From the NCBI GenBank assembly GCA_020348925.1, contig CP070758.1:3363688-3427687 (forward strand): DNA of 64,000 nt. Reading direction: 5' to 3'. Shown in pieces: positions 20,712 through 30,328 of the stretch. Made by a program: the position numbers and the translations under genes. Source of the stretch: Gemmatimonadota bacterium (lineage in GTDB: Bacteria > JBHIER01 > G020348925). The notes under the pieces are model-generated. The model was not told the DNA's origin. It worked only from the letters and a program-made list of their open reading frames with translations, and searched no databases. Position 1 is the stretch's first letter, and each line of letters begins with the position of its first letter.

Positions 20712-21263
20712 TTGCCAGACGATCATGAGCTCATGATGGCGGTACGGGACGGCGACCTGGACAGGTTGGGTCCTTTGTTCGAGAAACACAACAGGCATCT
20801 GTACAACTTTTTCTTCAGACAGACTAGGGATCCGCACACGAGCGAGGATCTCGTTCAGGATGTCTTCCATAAAATATTGAGATACCGCCACACATACAGA
20901 GGGGAGAGCAAATTCACCACGTGGATGTTCTCGATCGCCCACAATTCGAAAATCGATTATTATCGGAAGAACAAACATCAGGGCGACCAAATAGAGTTGT
21001 CCGAATCACTGGTGAGTAGTGACCCCACACCGGAGGACACATCCCTTCAAAAGGACGAGAAGGCTCTCCTGATGAAGGCGCTGCGGATGCTATCGGAGGA
21101 AAAGCGAGAGGTGTTATTGTTGAGCCGGTTCCAGAACATGAAGTACGAAGAAATTGCGAAAATCCTGGGCTGCAAGGTGGGCACGATTAAGGCCCGCGTC
21201 CACTGGGCCCTCAAAGATTTAACGAATGCATACCATAAACTTGCGGGGAGTGATGCATCATGA
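20712..21263 (+). CDS. ECF sigma-70 family RNA polymerase sigma factor
   Basis: D.ELM..V..GD, EDLVQDVF, KFTTWMFSIAHN, YEEIAKILG..VGTIKARVH; AGGAGG RBS before TTG 20712. Confidence 0.93.
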   Translation: MPDDHELMMAVRDGDLDRLGPLFEKHNRHLYNFFFRQTRDPHTSEDLVQDVFHKILRYRHTYRGESKFTTWMFSIAHNSKIDYYRKNKHQGDQIELSESLVSSDPTPEDTSLQKDEKALLMKALRMLSEEKREVLLLSRFQNMKYEEIAKILGCKVGTIKARVHWALKDLTNAYHKLAGSDAS

Positions 21264-22066
21264 CGTGTGAGAACATTCAAGAGCGGATCATCGATTATGT
21301 ATTGGGTGCGGTGGAGGCTGCCGAAAAGAGGACTGTCAAGGACCATCTGGCCGAATGCGAAACCTGTCGGCTTCAGCTCGAGCGGATGGAAATCGTGTGG
21401 AGGGGATTGAACCGCCTGCCCGAGAGCGAGCCGTCACCGGCCCTGCGAAGCCGTTTTTACGCCATGCTGGAGAGTGAAAAACACAGGGAACCGCACAAGA
21501 TCCCCTTGTCCGGGCGTATCGAGGGTTTCATCGCATCTCTCTGGCCGAAACGACCCGCACTCCAACTGGCGTATGCGCTGGTCCTTTTGATCGTGGGTCT
21601 GTTCATCGGCGGTCGGGTCCAGGTGTGGGAACATGGTAACGGTGAGATGGCTGCCCTCCGCCAGGAAATCTCAGAGATGCGGCAGATGGTCTCCGTGTCG
21701 CTGATGAATCAGACTTCCTCGGGGGAGCGCTTGCGGGGCATTCAGTACACAGAGCAGATCAAACATCCTACAGGGCCATTGTTGCAAGTCCTTCTCGGCA
21801 CATTGAACTCCGATCCCAATGTCAACGTCCGTCTGGCCGCGGTGGACGCCCTCTTCGCCTTCAGTGACCGACCCGGGATTCGGGAGGCACTTATTGCATC
21901 GCTGTCACAACAGACCTCACCACTGGTTCAGATATCCCTTATCGATCTCCTCGTGGAGATTCGAGAACGGCGGTCGCTGGAAGCACTGAGAGACCTCATT
22001 GGGAATCAGCAGGTCGATCCGACCGTCAAGGAGTATGCCGAGAAACGGATCAACGAGCTTATTTGA
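21260..22066 (+). CDS. anti-sigma factor (zf-HC2 zinc finger, TM, HEAT repeats)
   Basis: C…HLAECETC; one TM; D.NVNVRLAAVDAL HEAT motif; ATGA overlap with the sigma gene. Confidence 0.88.
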   Translation: MTCENIQERIIDYVLGAVEAAEKRTVKDHLAECETCRLQLERMEIVWRGLNRLPESEPSPALRSRFYAMLESEKHREPHKIPLSGRIEGFIASLWPKRPALQLAYALVLLIVGLFIGGRVQVWEHGNGEMAALRQEISEMRQMVSVSLMNQTSSGERLRGIQYTEQIKHPTGPLLQVLLGTLNSDPNVNVRLAAVDALFAFSDRPGIREALIASLSQQTSPLVQISLIDLLVEIRERRSLEALRDLIGNQQVDPTVKEYAEKRINELI

Positions 22067-22079
22067 CGGGAGGTGTACG

Positions 22080-22937
22080 ATGATTAAAACACTGTTTGCT
22101 GTCGCTGCGATCTTCGTTCTCTTCATCCTCGGGATCATCCATGCCGACGTGGAAAAGACCGAAGTGATCGAGAAAACGTATCAGTTCAAGGATACCCAGG
22201 CCGAGAACCTCCTCATCGTCGACAACGTCTGGGGTGACATTCGTGTGACCGGTTACAACGGAGATAATATTCGTGTCAAGGCGGCGAGATCCATTTCGGC
22301 TCGCACCGAGAGAATCTTGGCAGAAATCGAAGAGGAGGTCTACCTGGACATCACAGAAAAAGACGATATGATCGAACTGTATGTGGATGGACCCTTCCGG
22401 GATTACGACGGCAGCTCCCGGCGCAGGGGCAAGCGGCGTCACATCCATTACGAAGCTCGTTATGATTTCGAGATTGAGGTACCCCGGGGGACGTGGGTGG
22501 AACTGAGTACGGTGAACGATGGGGAGATCCTCGTTCGGGATATCGATGGGGATTACGATGTCCACAACGTCAACGGCGGCATAGAAATGGAGAGAATCGG
22601 TGGGTCCGGAGAGGTGTATGCGGTCAACGGGGATGTGACCGTCGACTTCGTGAAGAACCCGTCGAAGAACAGCCGGTTCGGTTCCCTCAACGGGGACGTT
22701 CGCCTCCACTTCCTGCCGAAGTTATCCGCTGACTTCTATTTGAAAACCTTTAACGGTGAGATCTACTCCGATTTCCCTGTATCGTATCTGCCCATACAAT
22801 CGGAGACGAGCTCGTCGAAAAATGGAAGCAGGTATGTCTACAAGGTCAATCGTGAAACAGCGGTCAGGGCAGGTGATGGCGGGCCGGAAATCGAGCTGGA
22901 CGGATTCAACGGGGATATGTTTATCCTGAAAAAGTAG
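22080..22937 (+). CDS. DUF4097 family beta-strand repeat protein (exported)
   Basis: Signal peptide; repeated T/S-VNGGI/GDV units. Confidence 0.85.
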   Translation: MIKTLFAVAAIFVLFILGIIHADVEKTEVIEKTYQFKDTQAENLLIVDNVWGDIRVTGYNGDNIRVKAARSISARTERILAEIEEEVYLDITEKDDMIELYVDGPFRDYDGSSRRRGKRRHIHYEARYDFEIEVPRGTWVELSTVNDGEILVRDIDGDYDVHNVNGGIEMERIGGSGEVYAVNGDVTVDFVKNPSKNSRFGSLNGDVRLHFLPKLSADFYLKTFNGEIYSDFPVSYLPIQSETSSSKNGSRYVYKVNRETAVRAGDGGPEIELDGFNGDMFILKK

Positions 22938-23214
22938 TAGCTATATATCGCAACTGATGCTACTGATTTTGAATGAAAATTGTAAATTCAAAAATGAAAA
23001 ACTTTTCACCCGTGTTTCCCCTTATCACTGGGGAATTCATGCACGTTCCCCCTTATCAAAGGGGGCTGGAGGGCGTTATCATCATTGAAGATTTTCATTC
23101 GCGGTCTACCAAATCTAAAACCGCCTTGAATGAAAATAGTTCACAACCTTTTTGGAAACGACTTGTCCATAGTGATGAGATGAAAAAAAGAAAGAGCAAA
23201 AAAAGGAGGTTATT

Positions 23215-24051
23215 ATGATTCGAAAAGCATCCCTCGTCATCGTTCTGTCCCTCTTCACCGGATTGGGGTGGGTGTATACTCAAGAAGAGGCGCTCGATCG
23301 CATTAATGTCAAATTGACGGATCCTTCGAAGCCCGTGTATGTGGAATTGAGTCTGGTGAACGGAGGCATCACGGTGACGGGCTACGAAGGAGTGGAGGTG
23401 ATTGTCGAGGCGAAGACCAGGACCCGCAAACTTTCGGAGGGAAAAGACCGGGGCAAGAAGACGAAAGGCATGTTCCGCATTCCTGTGTATTCGACCTCTC
23501 TTGAGGTGGAAGAACACAACAACAGAATAGAGATCTCGACAGCTTCCTATAAAAGGACCATCGATGTGGAGTTGAAGGTCCCGGTGAACACGTCGCTCAA
23601 TCTACATTGCGTCAATCATGGAGATATTTACGTGGAGAACGTGACGGGCGACCTCGACGTAAACAATACGAACGGAAAAGTCACGCTGCGAAGCATATCC
23701 GGTTCCGTGGTCGCCCATGCCTTGAATAAAGACGTGGTCGTCACCTTTGAGGCGGTGGATTCAGAGAATCCCATGTCTTTCAGCAGCTTGAACGGTGACA
23801 TCGATGTCACGTTTCCCAAGAACCTGAAATGCAACGTCAAGATCAAGAACGATATGGGCGATGTTTACAGTGATTTTGAAATCACGCGCAGCGAGAGGCC
23901 TGCCGAAACATTCGAGGAGAATGACCGGGGGCACGACGGGAAGTACCGGGTTCGGGTTGAGCGGACGTTCTACGGTACCATCAACGGGGGCGGACCGGAG
24001 TATTCGTTTAAAAACTTTAACGGCGATATCATGATCCGCAGGGTCAAATAG
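23215..24051 (+). CDS. DUF4097 family beta-strand repeat protein (exported), paralog
   Basis: Signal peptide; LVNGGI, NTNGKV, SLNGDI, NFNGDI. Confidence 0.85.
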   Translation: MIRKASLVIVLSLFTGLGWVYTQEEALDRINVKLTDPSKPVYVELSLVNGGITVTGYEGVEVIVEAKTRTRKLSEGKDRGKKTKGMFRIPVYSTSLEVEEHNNRIEISTASYKRTIDVELKVPVNTSLNLHCVNHGDIYVENVTGDLDVNNTNGKVTLRSISGSVVAHALNKDVVVTFEAVDSENPMSFSSLNGDIDVTFPKNLKCNVKIKNDMGDVYSDFEITRSERPAETFEENDRGHDGKYRVRVERTFYGTINGGGPEYSFKNFNGDIMIRRVK

Positions 24052-24073
24052 CATCCTGCAGTCGCATCGAATT

Positions 24074-24109
24074 GAAAAAGGGTTCCTAATATATCCGGAA
24101 CCCTTTTTC
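24074..24109. terminator. bidirectional rho-independent terminator
   Basis: GAAAAAGGGTTCC-loop-GGAACCCTTTTTC between convergent genes. Confidence 0.8.
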
Positions 24110-24324
24110 TTTGAACGTATGTACGATTAAGCCCCAAGAACAATCCGCTTGGCGATCTTCGTACTCCTTTCTTCTGCTTCCTTTCCTCAGTTCTCTTGCA
24201 TCTCTGTGTTATTGCCCCTTTCATATTCGATACTTATGGACTCCTTGACTTTTCGACTTTTTGACTTATAATATTTATTTTTTAAACCTAACTCCGAACA
24301 TATGACACTCTGTTTTACCGTATA

Positions 24325-25137
24325 TCACTTTACGTTAGCATGAAACACCGAATACGTAAAAAAAGCATAGTAATCCGGGCAGTTTAAAATGAAGTCAGGT
24401 GACTCCGGCAGACAGAGACGCTCATATTCAGCCCAATCCTCCTCCGATACTTCTTGTTGTTTCTCGCCCCAGAGCATTTGAAAGAACAGAATCAAAGCAT
24501 GGCGAATATCGTCACGCAGAGGAGCGTGCACATCGTCTACGAAGGTTTGAACTGTTGGCTCATCAAAATCCGCTTCGCAAAACCAACCCAGTGCACGGAG
24601 AAAGTTCGTCTCCGGTTTTTTTCCCGTGACTATGGGGATCAGCGCCGAGCAGGTGGCGTTCAACCGTGCTTCCAACAGGGAATATCCCGGCAGCAGCATT
24701 TGCGAAGACCAGGCCAGAATGGCCACAGTACCCCCGGGCTTGACCACCCGAGCAAGCTCTTTCAACACCGACAGGGATCTTTCCTCGATAGGATATCCCA
24801 CACAGTCCGAACTCCAGGCACAGTCGAAGGTGTTATCATCAAAAGGCAGATTCCTCACGTCTCCTTTCTGAAAATTAATCCGTTCGGACAGTCCTGCTTT
24901 TCTCACAATATCTTTCGCGCACAGGATAAACTCCGGGGAAATATCCAGACCCGTGACATGCCCCCTTGAACCCACTACCTCGGCAAGTAGTAATGCCTGC
25001 TGGCCGATTCCGCATCCCGCATCGAGGCCATGACTTCCGGGGGGAAATTTCAACGTCTGGATTACCTCCCGGAGAATTGGTTCTCGCAAAGGATGCGTCT
25101 CTTGTAACTGCTTTATGTATGTATCCGTATCAGTCAT
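24325..25137 (-). CDS. class I SAM-dependent methyltransferase (UbiE-like)
   Basis: LDAGCGIG, VTGLDIS, GDVRNLPFDDNTFD, ELARVVKPGG. Confidence 0.9.
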   Translation of the reverse strand: MTDTDTYIKQLQETHPLREPILREVIQTLKFPPGSHGLDAGCGIGQQALLLAEVVGSRGHVTGLDISPEFILCAKDIVRKAGLSERINFQKGDVRNLPFDDNTFDCAWSSDCVGYPIEERSLSVLKELARVVKPGGTVAILAWSSQMLLPGYSLLEARLNATCSALIPIVTGKKPETNFLRALGWFCEADFDEPTVQTFVDDVHAPLRDDIRHALILFFQMLWGEKQQEVSEEDWAEYERLCLPESPDFILNCPDYYAFFTYSVFHANVK

Positions 25138-25465
25138 TTTCCATTCTCTCCACCTTAAATATGACAGGTCGAAACCAGTCTGTGCAGCCGGTTATGAGAG
25201 TACCACGTTGTTTGATACCCCTCACATGGGCACCATAAGCAATAGTCATGATATCTTTTCGTATGTCCGCCCAGGCCCAGTCGCAAAATTTCTGAGGAAC
25301 TTTTTGGAAATCAGCTTCGGATTCGAGTATAAATTCCTGACCATCATAAAAACATTCACAGAACCCAGTGTTTTTGTATTCATCCTCTAAATATTCTTCA
25401 ATCAAATCATGGTTTACAGTTCGTTTAAGAACGGTGATTTTACATTTGGGTAGTCTGGTAGACAT
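25130..25465 (-). CDS. TIGR04076 family protein
   Basis: CKITVLKR…C..F..GQEF…P..FCDWAW.DI…CTDWFRPVIFKVER. Confidence 0.8.
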   Translation of the reverse strand: MSTRLPKCKITVLKRTVNHDLIEEYLEDEYKNTGFCECFYDGQEFILESEADFQKVPQKFCDWAWADIRKDIMTIAYGAHVRGIKQRGTLITGCTDWFRPVIFKVERMEND

Positions 25466-25527
25466 TTTAAGGTGCTCCTTATGACAATAATTTGATACAA
25501 GCACAATGTAAGCTCCTTTTATTGGCG

Positions 25528-26247
25528 CTATTTTCCCGCCTTCACAAGAGATGCAAATCGTTGAAGAATCTTCGCCGCATGCGGAGTCTCAACCACTCCA
25601 GATCGCAACGATGATATATCCAATCCCTCCGCTTTCAGCCCCAGAGATTGCTCATTAATGTAGGATCGCATAATGGCCGCCTCGAATTCGGGGTGAAACT
25701 GGACACCCCAGGCACATTCGCCGACCCGAATGGCGTGATGCGGCTCAAATGCATTGCTTGCTAATATCAGGGCACCAGGAGGCAAGCGCAGAACCGTCTG
25801 CGTGTGTGTGACGTGACCAAGAAACTCTCTCGGTAAGATGCTTATGAGCTCATCGCCTGCCCCTTTGTCTTCGATCTCAATTCGAACGGTCCCGATCTCC
25901 CTGCCTCTGGGATGGTTTCCAACATGACCGCCCATGGCGTATGCCAGCAACTGATGACCGTAGCACAGCCCGAGAAAGGGAGTCCCACGCTCAATTATTC
26001 CCCGTATCCATCCGGCAAGTTCTTCGCTCCACGGCTCGCGATCAGTGACCATGGCGTGGGATCCGGTAACAACAACCCCGCAGAACGAGTCGTCGGTTGG
26101 CAAAGACTCATTTCTAAACACTGCTAAGACACGGACCGCGTCCTTCGATAATCCCATACCCCGGATAGTCCAATCTTCAAAATCGCCGAAAGCTCGGGCC
26201 GTAGCTTCAAAAGTTGTTCCAGCCTTGATAATCAGGATAGGCTTCAT
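25528..26247 (-). CDS. class I glutamine amidotransferase (GMP-synthase-like, YfeJ type)
   Basis: VVTGS, LGLCYGHQ, GVQFHPE catalytic triad. Confidence 0.92.
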   Translation of the reverse strand: MKPILIIKAGTTFEATARAFGDFEDWTIRGMGLSKDAVRVLAVFRNESLPTDDSFCGVVVTGSHAMVTDREPWSEELAGWIRGIIERGTPFLGLCYGHQLLAYAMGGHVGNHPRGREIGTVRIEIEDKGAGDELISILPREFLGHVTHTQTVLRLPPGALILASNAFEPHHAIRVGECAWGVQFHPEFEAAIMRSYINEQSLGLKAEGLDISSLRSGVVETPHAAKILQRFASLVKAGK

Positions 26248-26447
26248 ACGTTTTCAGGTTCATACACTTGTGAAGATATATACCGTTGATTCGATGTCGA
26301 TAAATCTTTTCAAAAAACTACTCTCTTGTCACTCCTGCCGAGACTTCTGTATGTCATTCCGGTCGCATTCCCAGAATCCACAATTCAGCAACAACCCACC
26401 TTACCGGTTGGAGACGCCTGATGCGCGGGCGTAACATTCACTACCAT

Positions 26448-28604
26448 TCAATCAATGTCCATACCCAACGTGCTCACTAAAAATGCCAACACATCCGCCG
26501 CCTCCTCGATCCGCATCGTCGTAGGCTTACCCAGGCCATGTCCGGCCTTAGTCTGAATGCGAATGAGAACAGGGGCAGAGCCCGCATGCGCTGCCTGCAA
26601 TGCCGCAGCGTATTTGAAGCTGTGGGCCGGCACCACACGATCATCGTGATCCGATGTCGTAACCAGCGTCGCCGGATACGTTGTATCAGGTTTCAGATTG
26701 TGAAGAGGTGAATAGTCGTACAACGCCTTGAATTCTTCCGGATTGTCGGGTGAACCGTAATCTGATACCCAGGCCCAGCCGATGGTGAATTTGTGAAACC
26801 GCAACATATCCATTACGCCGACATCAGGCAGACACGCACCGAATAAGTCAGGTCTCTGGTTCATACACGCCCCCACGAGCGTTCCCCCATTACTGGCACC
26901 GGAAATGGCCAACTTCTGCCTTGACGTGTACTTATTATTGATCAGCCACTCGGCTGCGGCTATGAAATCATCAAAGCAGTTCTGCTTCTTCAATAGCATC
27001 CCGGCTTCGTGCCACTCCTGGCCGTACTCGCCGCCACCGCGAATATTCGCCACCGCATAGACACCACCCATCTCCATCCACACTATTCGGTTCACTCTGA
27101 AGTACGGCGTCAGTGAGATGTTAAAGCCGCCGTAGCCATAAAGCATCGTAGGATTTTGACCGTTCAGTTCCAAGCCCTTTTTGTGGGTGATAAACATGGG
27201 CACCCTTGTCCCATCCATACTTGAAAAGAAAACCTGTTTTGTTTCATAATCCTCGGGGTTGAAATCGACCTTCGGGCGACGGAACAGTTCGTTTCTTCCT
27301 TTCTTAAAGTCATATCGATAGACCGTCCCCGGATCTGTATAGCTGTTGAATCTATAAAATGCCTCGTCATCCTTCCGCGTGCCCTCGAACCCATAAGCTG
27401 TTCCCAATCCGGGAAGGCCAAGTTCGTTAACGAACCGACCTTTGAGGTCGAACAATTTGACTTGCGTCCGGGCGTCCTTCAAATACAATACGATGAACTT
27501 ATCGCCTACAACATGTACCTCATCTATCGTCTCCTGGGCTTGAGGAACGATCTCACGCCAATTCGACGGATCCGGTTTTCGTATATCAATGGCAATCACC
27601 CTTCCCCGTGGTGCTCCATAATCGGTCTTAAACCAGAGGATCGGTCCGTCATTATCGAGGAACAGAAACTCGGCTTCGAACGCATTGATCAACTCCACAA
27701 CCTCCGCTACTTCCTCTTGAAGATCTTTATAGAATACGAGGTTCTTTTCTTCGCTACTCCTATAAATTTCAATGACCAAATAACGACCGTCGCTGGTGAC
27801 CGTACCTCCGAAACCCCACTCCTTCTGATCCGGACGATGATATACGAGAACATCCTCCGCCTGCGGTGTCCCCAATTGGTGATAGTACAGTTTGTTGTAA
27901 TAGTTTACCTCCTGAAGTTTCGTCGCCTCGTCGGGCTCATCGTATCGGCTGTAGAAGAATCCGTTATTGTCCTTCGTCCATGAAACTTCGGAGAACTTGA
28001 TCCATTTGATATGATCACTCAGATCCTCACCCGTCCCGACATCTCGAACATACCATTCCTGCCAATCCGACCCAGCCGTCGATAGACCGTAGGCCATCAA
28101 TCGTCCGTCACCAGTAACCACCCACCCGGTGAGAGCAATCGTACCATCCTGGGACAATATGTTTGGATCAAGCAGAACTCTTGGTTCCTCGTCAAGAGAC
28201 GTCATCGTGTAGATCGTATACTGATTCTGCAGTCCATCCTTTTTTTCAAAGAAGTAACGATTTCCATGCTTCCGGGGCGGGTCGTACTTCTCGTAGTTCC
28301 ACAATTCCGTCAGGCGTTCTTTGATGTGCGGACGTTCCGGAATCTGTTCCAGGTATTCGAACGTTAGGCGATTCTGGGCCTCGATCCACTCCCGTGTCTC
28401 CGGTGAACCGGGATCTTCCAGCCAGCGGTACGGATCTGGTACCATGACGCCGTGATACCCATCGACAACGTCATCTTTGTGTGTTTTCGGATAAACAATC
28501 GGCTCTTTATCTTTCAGAATATTTGAAAGTGGACTTACTGTTATTGAGAATAAGCCGAAACTAATGATCAAAAGAAGAATGAAGCTTTTTTGCCACGCCA
28601 TCAT
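26448..28604 (-). CDS. prolyl oligopeptidase (S9A), exported
   Basis: DPYRWLED, YGYGGF, RGGGEYG, GASNGG, DDRV, AGHG. Confidence 0.96.
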   Translation of the reverse strand: MMAWQKSFILLLIISFGLFSITVSPLSNILKDKEPIVYPKTHKDDVVDGYHGVMVPDPYRWLEDPGSPETREWIEAQNRLTFEYLEQIPERPHIKERLTELWNYEKYDPPRKHGNRYFFEKKDGLQNQYTIYTMTSLDEEPRVLLDPNILSQDGTIALTGWVVTGDGRLMAYGLSTAGSDWQEWYVRDVGTGEDLSDHIKWIKFSEVSWTKDNNGFFYSRYDEPDEATKLQEVNYYNKLYYHQLGTPQAEDVLVYHRPDQKEWGFGGTVTSDGRYLVIEIYRSSEEKNLVFYKDLQEEVAEVVELINAFEAEFLFLDNDGPILWFKTDYGAPRGRVIAIDIRKPDPSNWREIVPQAQETIDEVHVVGDKFIVLYLKDARTQVKLFDLKGRFVNELGLPGLGTAYGFEGTRKDDEAFYRFNSYTDPGTVYRYDFKKGRNELFRRPKVDFNPEDYETKQVFFSSMDGTRVPMFITHKKGLELNGQNPTMLYGYGGFNISLTPYFRVNRIVWMEMGGVYAVANIRGGGEYGQEWHEAGMLLKKQNCFDDFIAAAEWLINNKYTSRQKLAISGASNGGTLVGACMNQRPDLFGACLPDVGVMDMLRFHKFTIGWAWVSDYGSPDNPEEFKALYDYSPLHNLKPDTTYPATLVTTSDHDDRVVPAHSFKYAAALQAAHAGSAPVLIRIQTKAGHGLGKPTTMRIEEAADVLAFLVSTLGMDID

Positions 28605-28727
28605 GAACACCTCCTCAAAAAAGGTGGAACCTATTCGTCATATTTTTATCGAGTATAAGACAGAATATGATGCACAGGCTTGAAAATATCAACATGTAAT
28701 AATTCACCCTGGATGAATTCAATTTGC

Positions 28728-29726
28728 CTATCTGCTTGGAACGACGCAGCGAAAGCCCACATCCTCGTAACGATCCCAGGGCGGATTCTGATGGCGGACG
28801 GTGCACGTTGTCCAGGCTTTGCCCTCTCCATCGTACCACGCCCCTCCCCGCATTGAGCGGAAGGTCCCCGAATTCGGCCCTGCAGGGTTTTTGTAAGGAG
28901 AAATCTCATAATATTTCTCATCATACCAGTCCACCACCCACTCCCAGACATTCCCGACCATATCCAATACGCCATAGGGACTGGCTCCGTCAGGATAGCT
29001 CCCTACCGGGGAAGTGAAGGCATACCCATCGTCATAGTCAGGATCTCTCCACCGTTCGACAGGACATCGAGAATCACAGAAGTTCAATCGACTTCCGTCG
29101 AAACTATTTCCCCAGGGATACATCCGCCCGTCGGTACATCGCGCTGCTTTTTCCCACTCGGCCTCTGTCGGCAATCTTCCTCCGGCCCATGTGCAATAAG
29201 CCGCGGCGTCATCCCAGCTCACTTGTACGACAGGGTGATCGTCCTCCGCTACCGGCCCTGGACCGTGTGGGTGCATCCAGTCGGCACCTTCCACCCTGGG
29301 CCATTCCGACTCCTTTGGCCCCGCTCTCCACGGTTTTCCCCAACCATCTCTTTCCGCTGTCGTCATGTAACCAGTAGCCTCCGTAAATCTACGGAACATG
29401 GCCACCGTCACTTCGGTCCGATCTATCCAGTAGCCATCCAGGTAAACCGTATGCCTTGGTCGTTCATTTCGAAAAACATGCAATGCCAGATCGCCATCCC
29501 CCAGACTACCACTCCAGCGAATCCATCTCAAGCCACCGCTGCCCATCTTGAACTCCCCCGCCGGAACGTAGACCAAGGTCATATCGTCGGTGGGACGGAT
29601 GTGCGTATCGTAAATGACGACTTCCTGAAATGCGGTTTCCAAAATAAAACTTTTACCGAACAATATGCATCCGACAATTATCGCACCTGATAGCGCTATC
29701 AATGTAAGCATTTTATGTTTCATCAT
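28728..29726 (-). CDS. formylglycine-generating enzyme (SUMF1/FGE-sulfatase) domain protein
   Basis: HPVVQVSWDDA, RLPTEAEWEKAAR, DMVGNVWEW, RGGAW, GFRC. Confidence 0.92.
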   Translation of the reverse strand: MMKHKMLTLIALSGAIIVGCILFGKSFILETAFQEVVIYDTHIRPTDDMTLVYVPAGEFKMGSGGLRWIRWSGSLGDGDLALHVFRNERPRHTVYLDGYWIDRTEVTVAMFRRFTEATGYMTTAERDGWGKPWRAGPKESEWPRVEGADWMHPHGPGPVAEDDHPVVQVSWDDAAAYCTWAGGRLPTEAEWEKAARCTDGRMYPWGNSFDGSRLNFCDSRCPVERWRDPDYDDGYAFTSPVGSYPDGASPYGVLDMVGNVWEWVVDWYDEKYYEISPYKNPAGPNSGTFRSMRGGAWYDGEGKAWTTCTVRHQNPPWDRYEDVGFRCVVPSR

Positions 29727-30202
29727 GGCATGAATTCGTTTCTTGTTAACCACAGCTCCTCAATGCGGTACATGTGAAAGTGGTCGTGCATGAGAATGTG
29801 ACGGAGCATAATATAGGGTGTGTATTCGATGTACTCAATATGCTTCGCTTTTCTTGTCCACTGCTCTTTCTCAAAAGTATGAATGACATCTAATAATTCG
29901 GCTCTCAATGTTGAGAATCTATTCAGTTCTGATATTAAATCCAAATTCATTAGGTTGTCATCAGGAAACGTTTTACCAGGTATATACGGTTCTATGACAG
30001 GTTCTTCTTCATCCAAGAACAATCTGAAACGATCGATGAGCATCGGTTGAGCAGCAACTATATGACAAGCGTGCTCATGAATCGACCACTTCCCTGGTAT
30101 TCTTTTTCTCTTCAATAGCTCTGTGGGAATTGAATGAATGAGGTTTTCCAAGATTTTCGGTGAATGCTCCAAATCGTGCATAATCTCATTTATGTCATTC
30201 AT
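29723..30202 (-). CDS. DinB family protein
   Basis: PGKWSIHEHACHI…HILMHDHFH. Confidence 0.85.
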   Translation of the reverse strand: MNDINEIMHDLEHSPKILENLIHSIPTELLKRKRIPGKWSIHEHACHIVAAQPMLIDRFRLFLDEEEPVIEPYIPGKTFPDDNLMNLDLISELNRFSTLRAELLDVIHTFEKEQWTRKAKHIEYIEYTPYIMLRHILMHDHFHMYRIEELWLTRNEFMP

Positions 30203-30328
30203 TGAAATCCTCCGTCGTCTGAAAAGTTTTTTATGCGTGGGGGGAAAATACATACGGGATTGAAGTTGCACAACAGAGAACAAAAGATGAATGAATTCAC
30301 AATTCACATCCCTTCACTCTATGTATTC

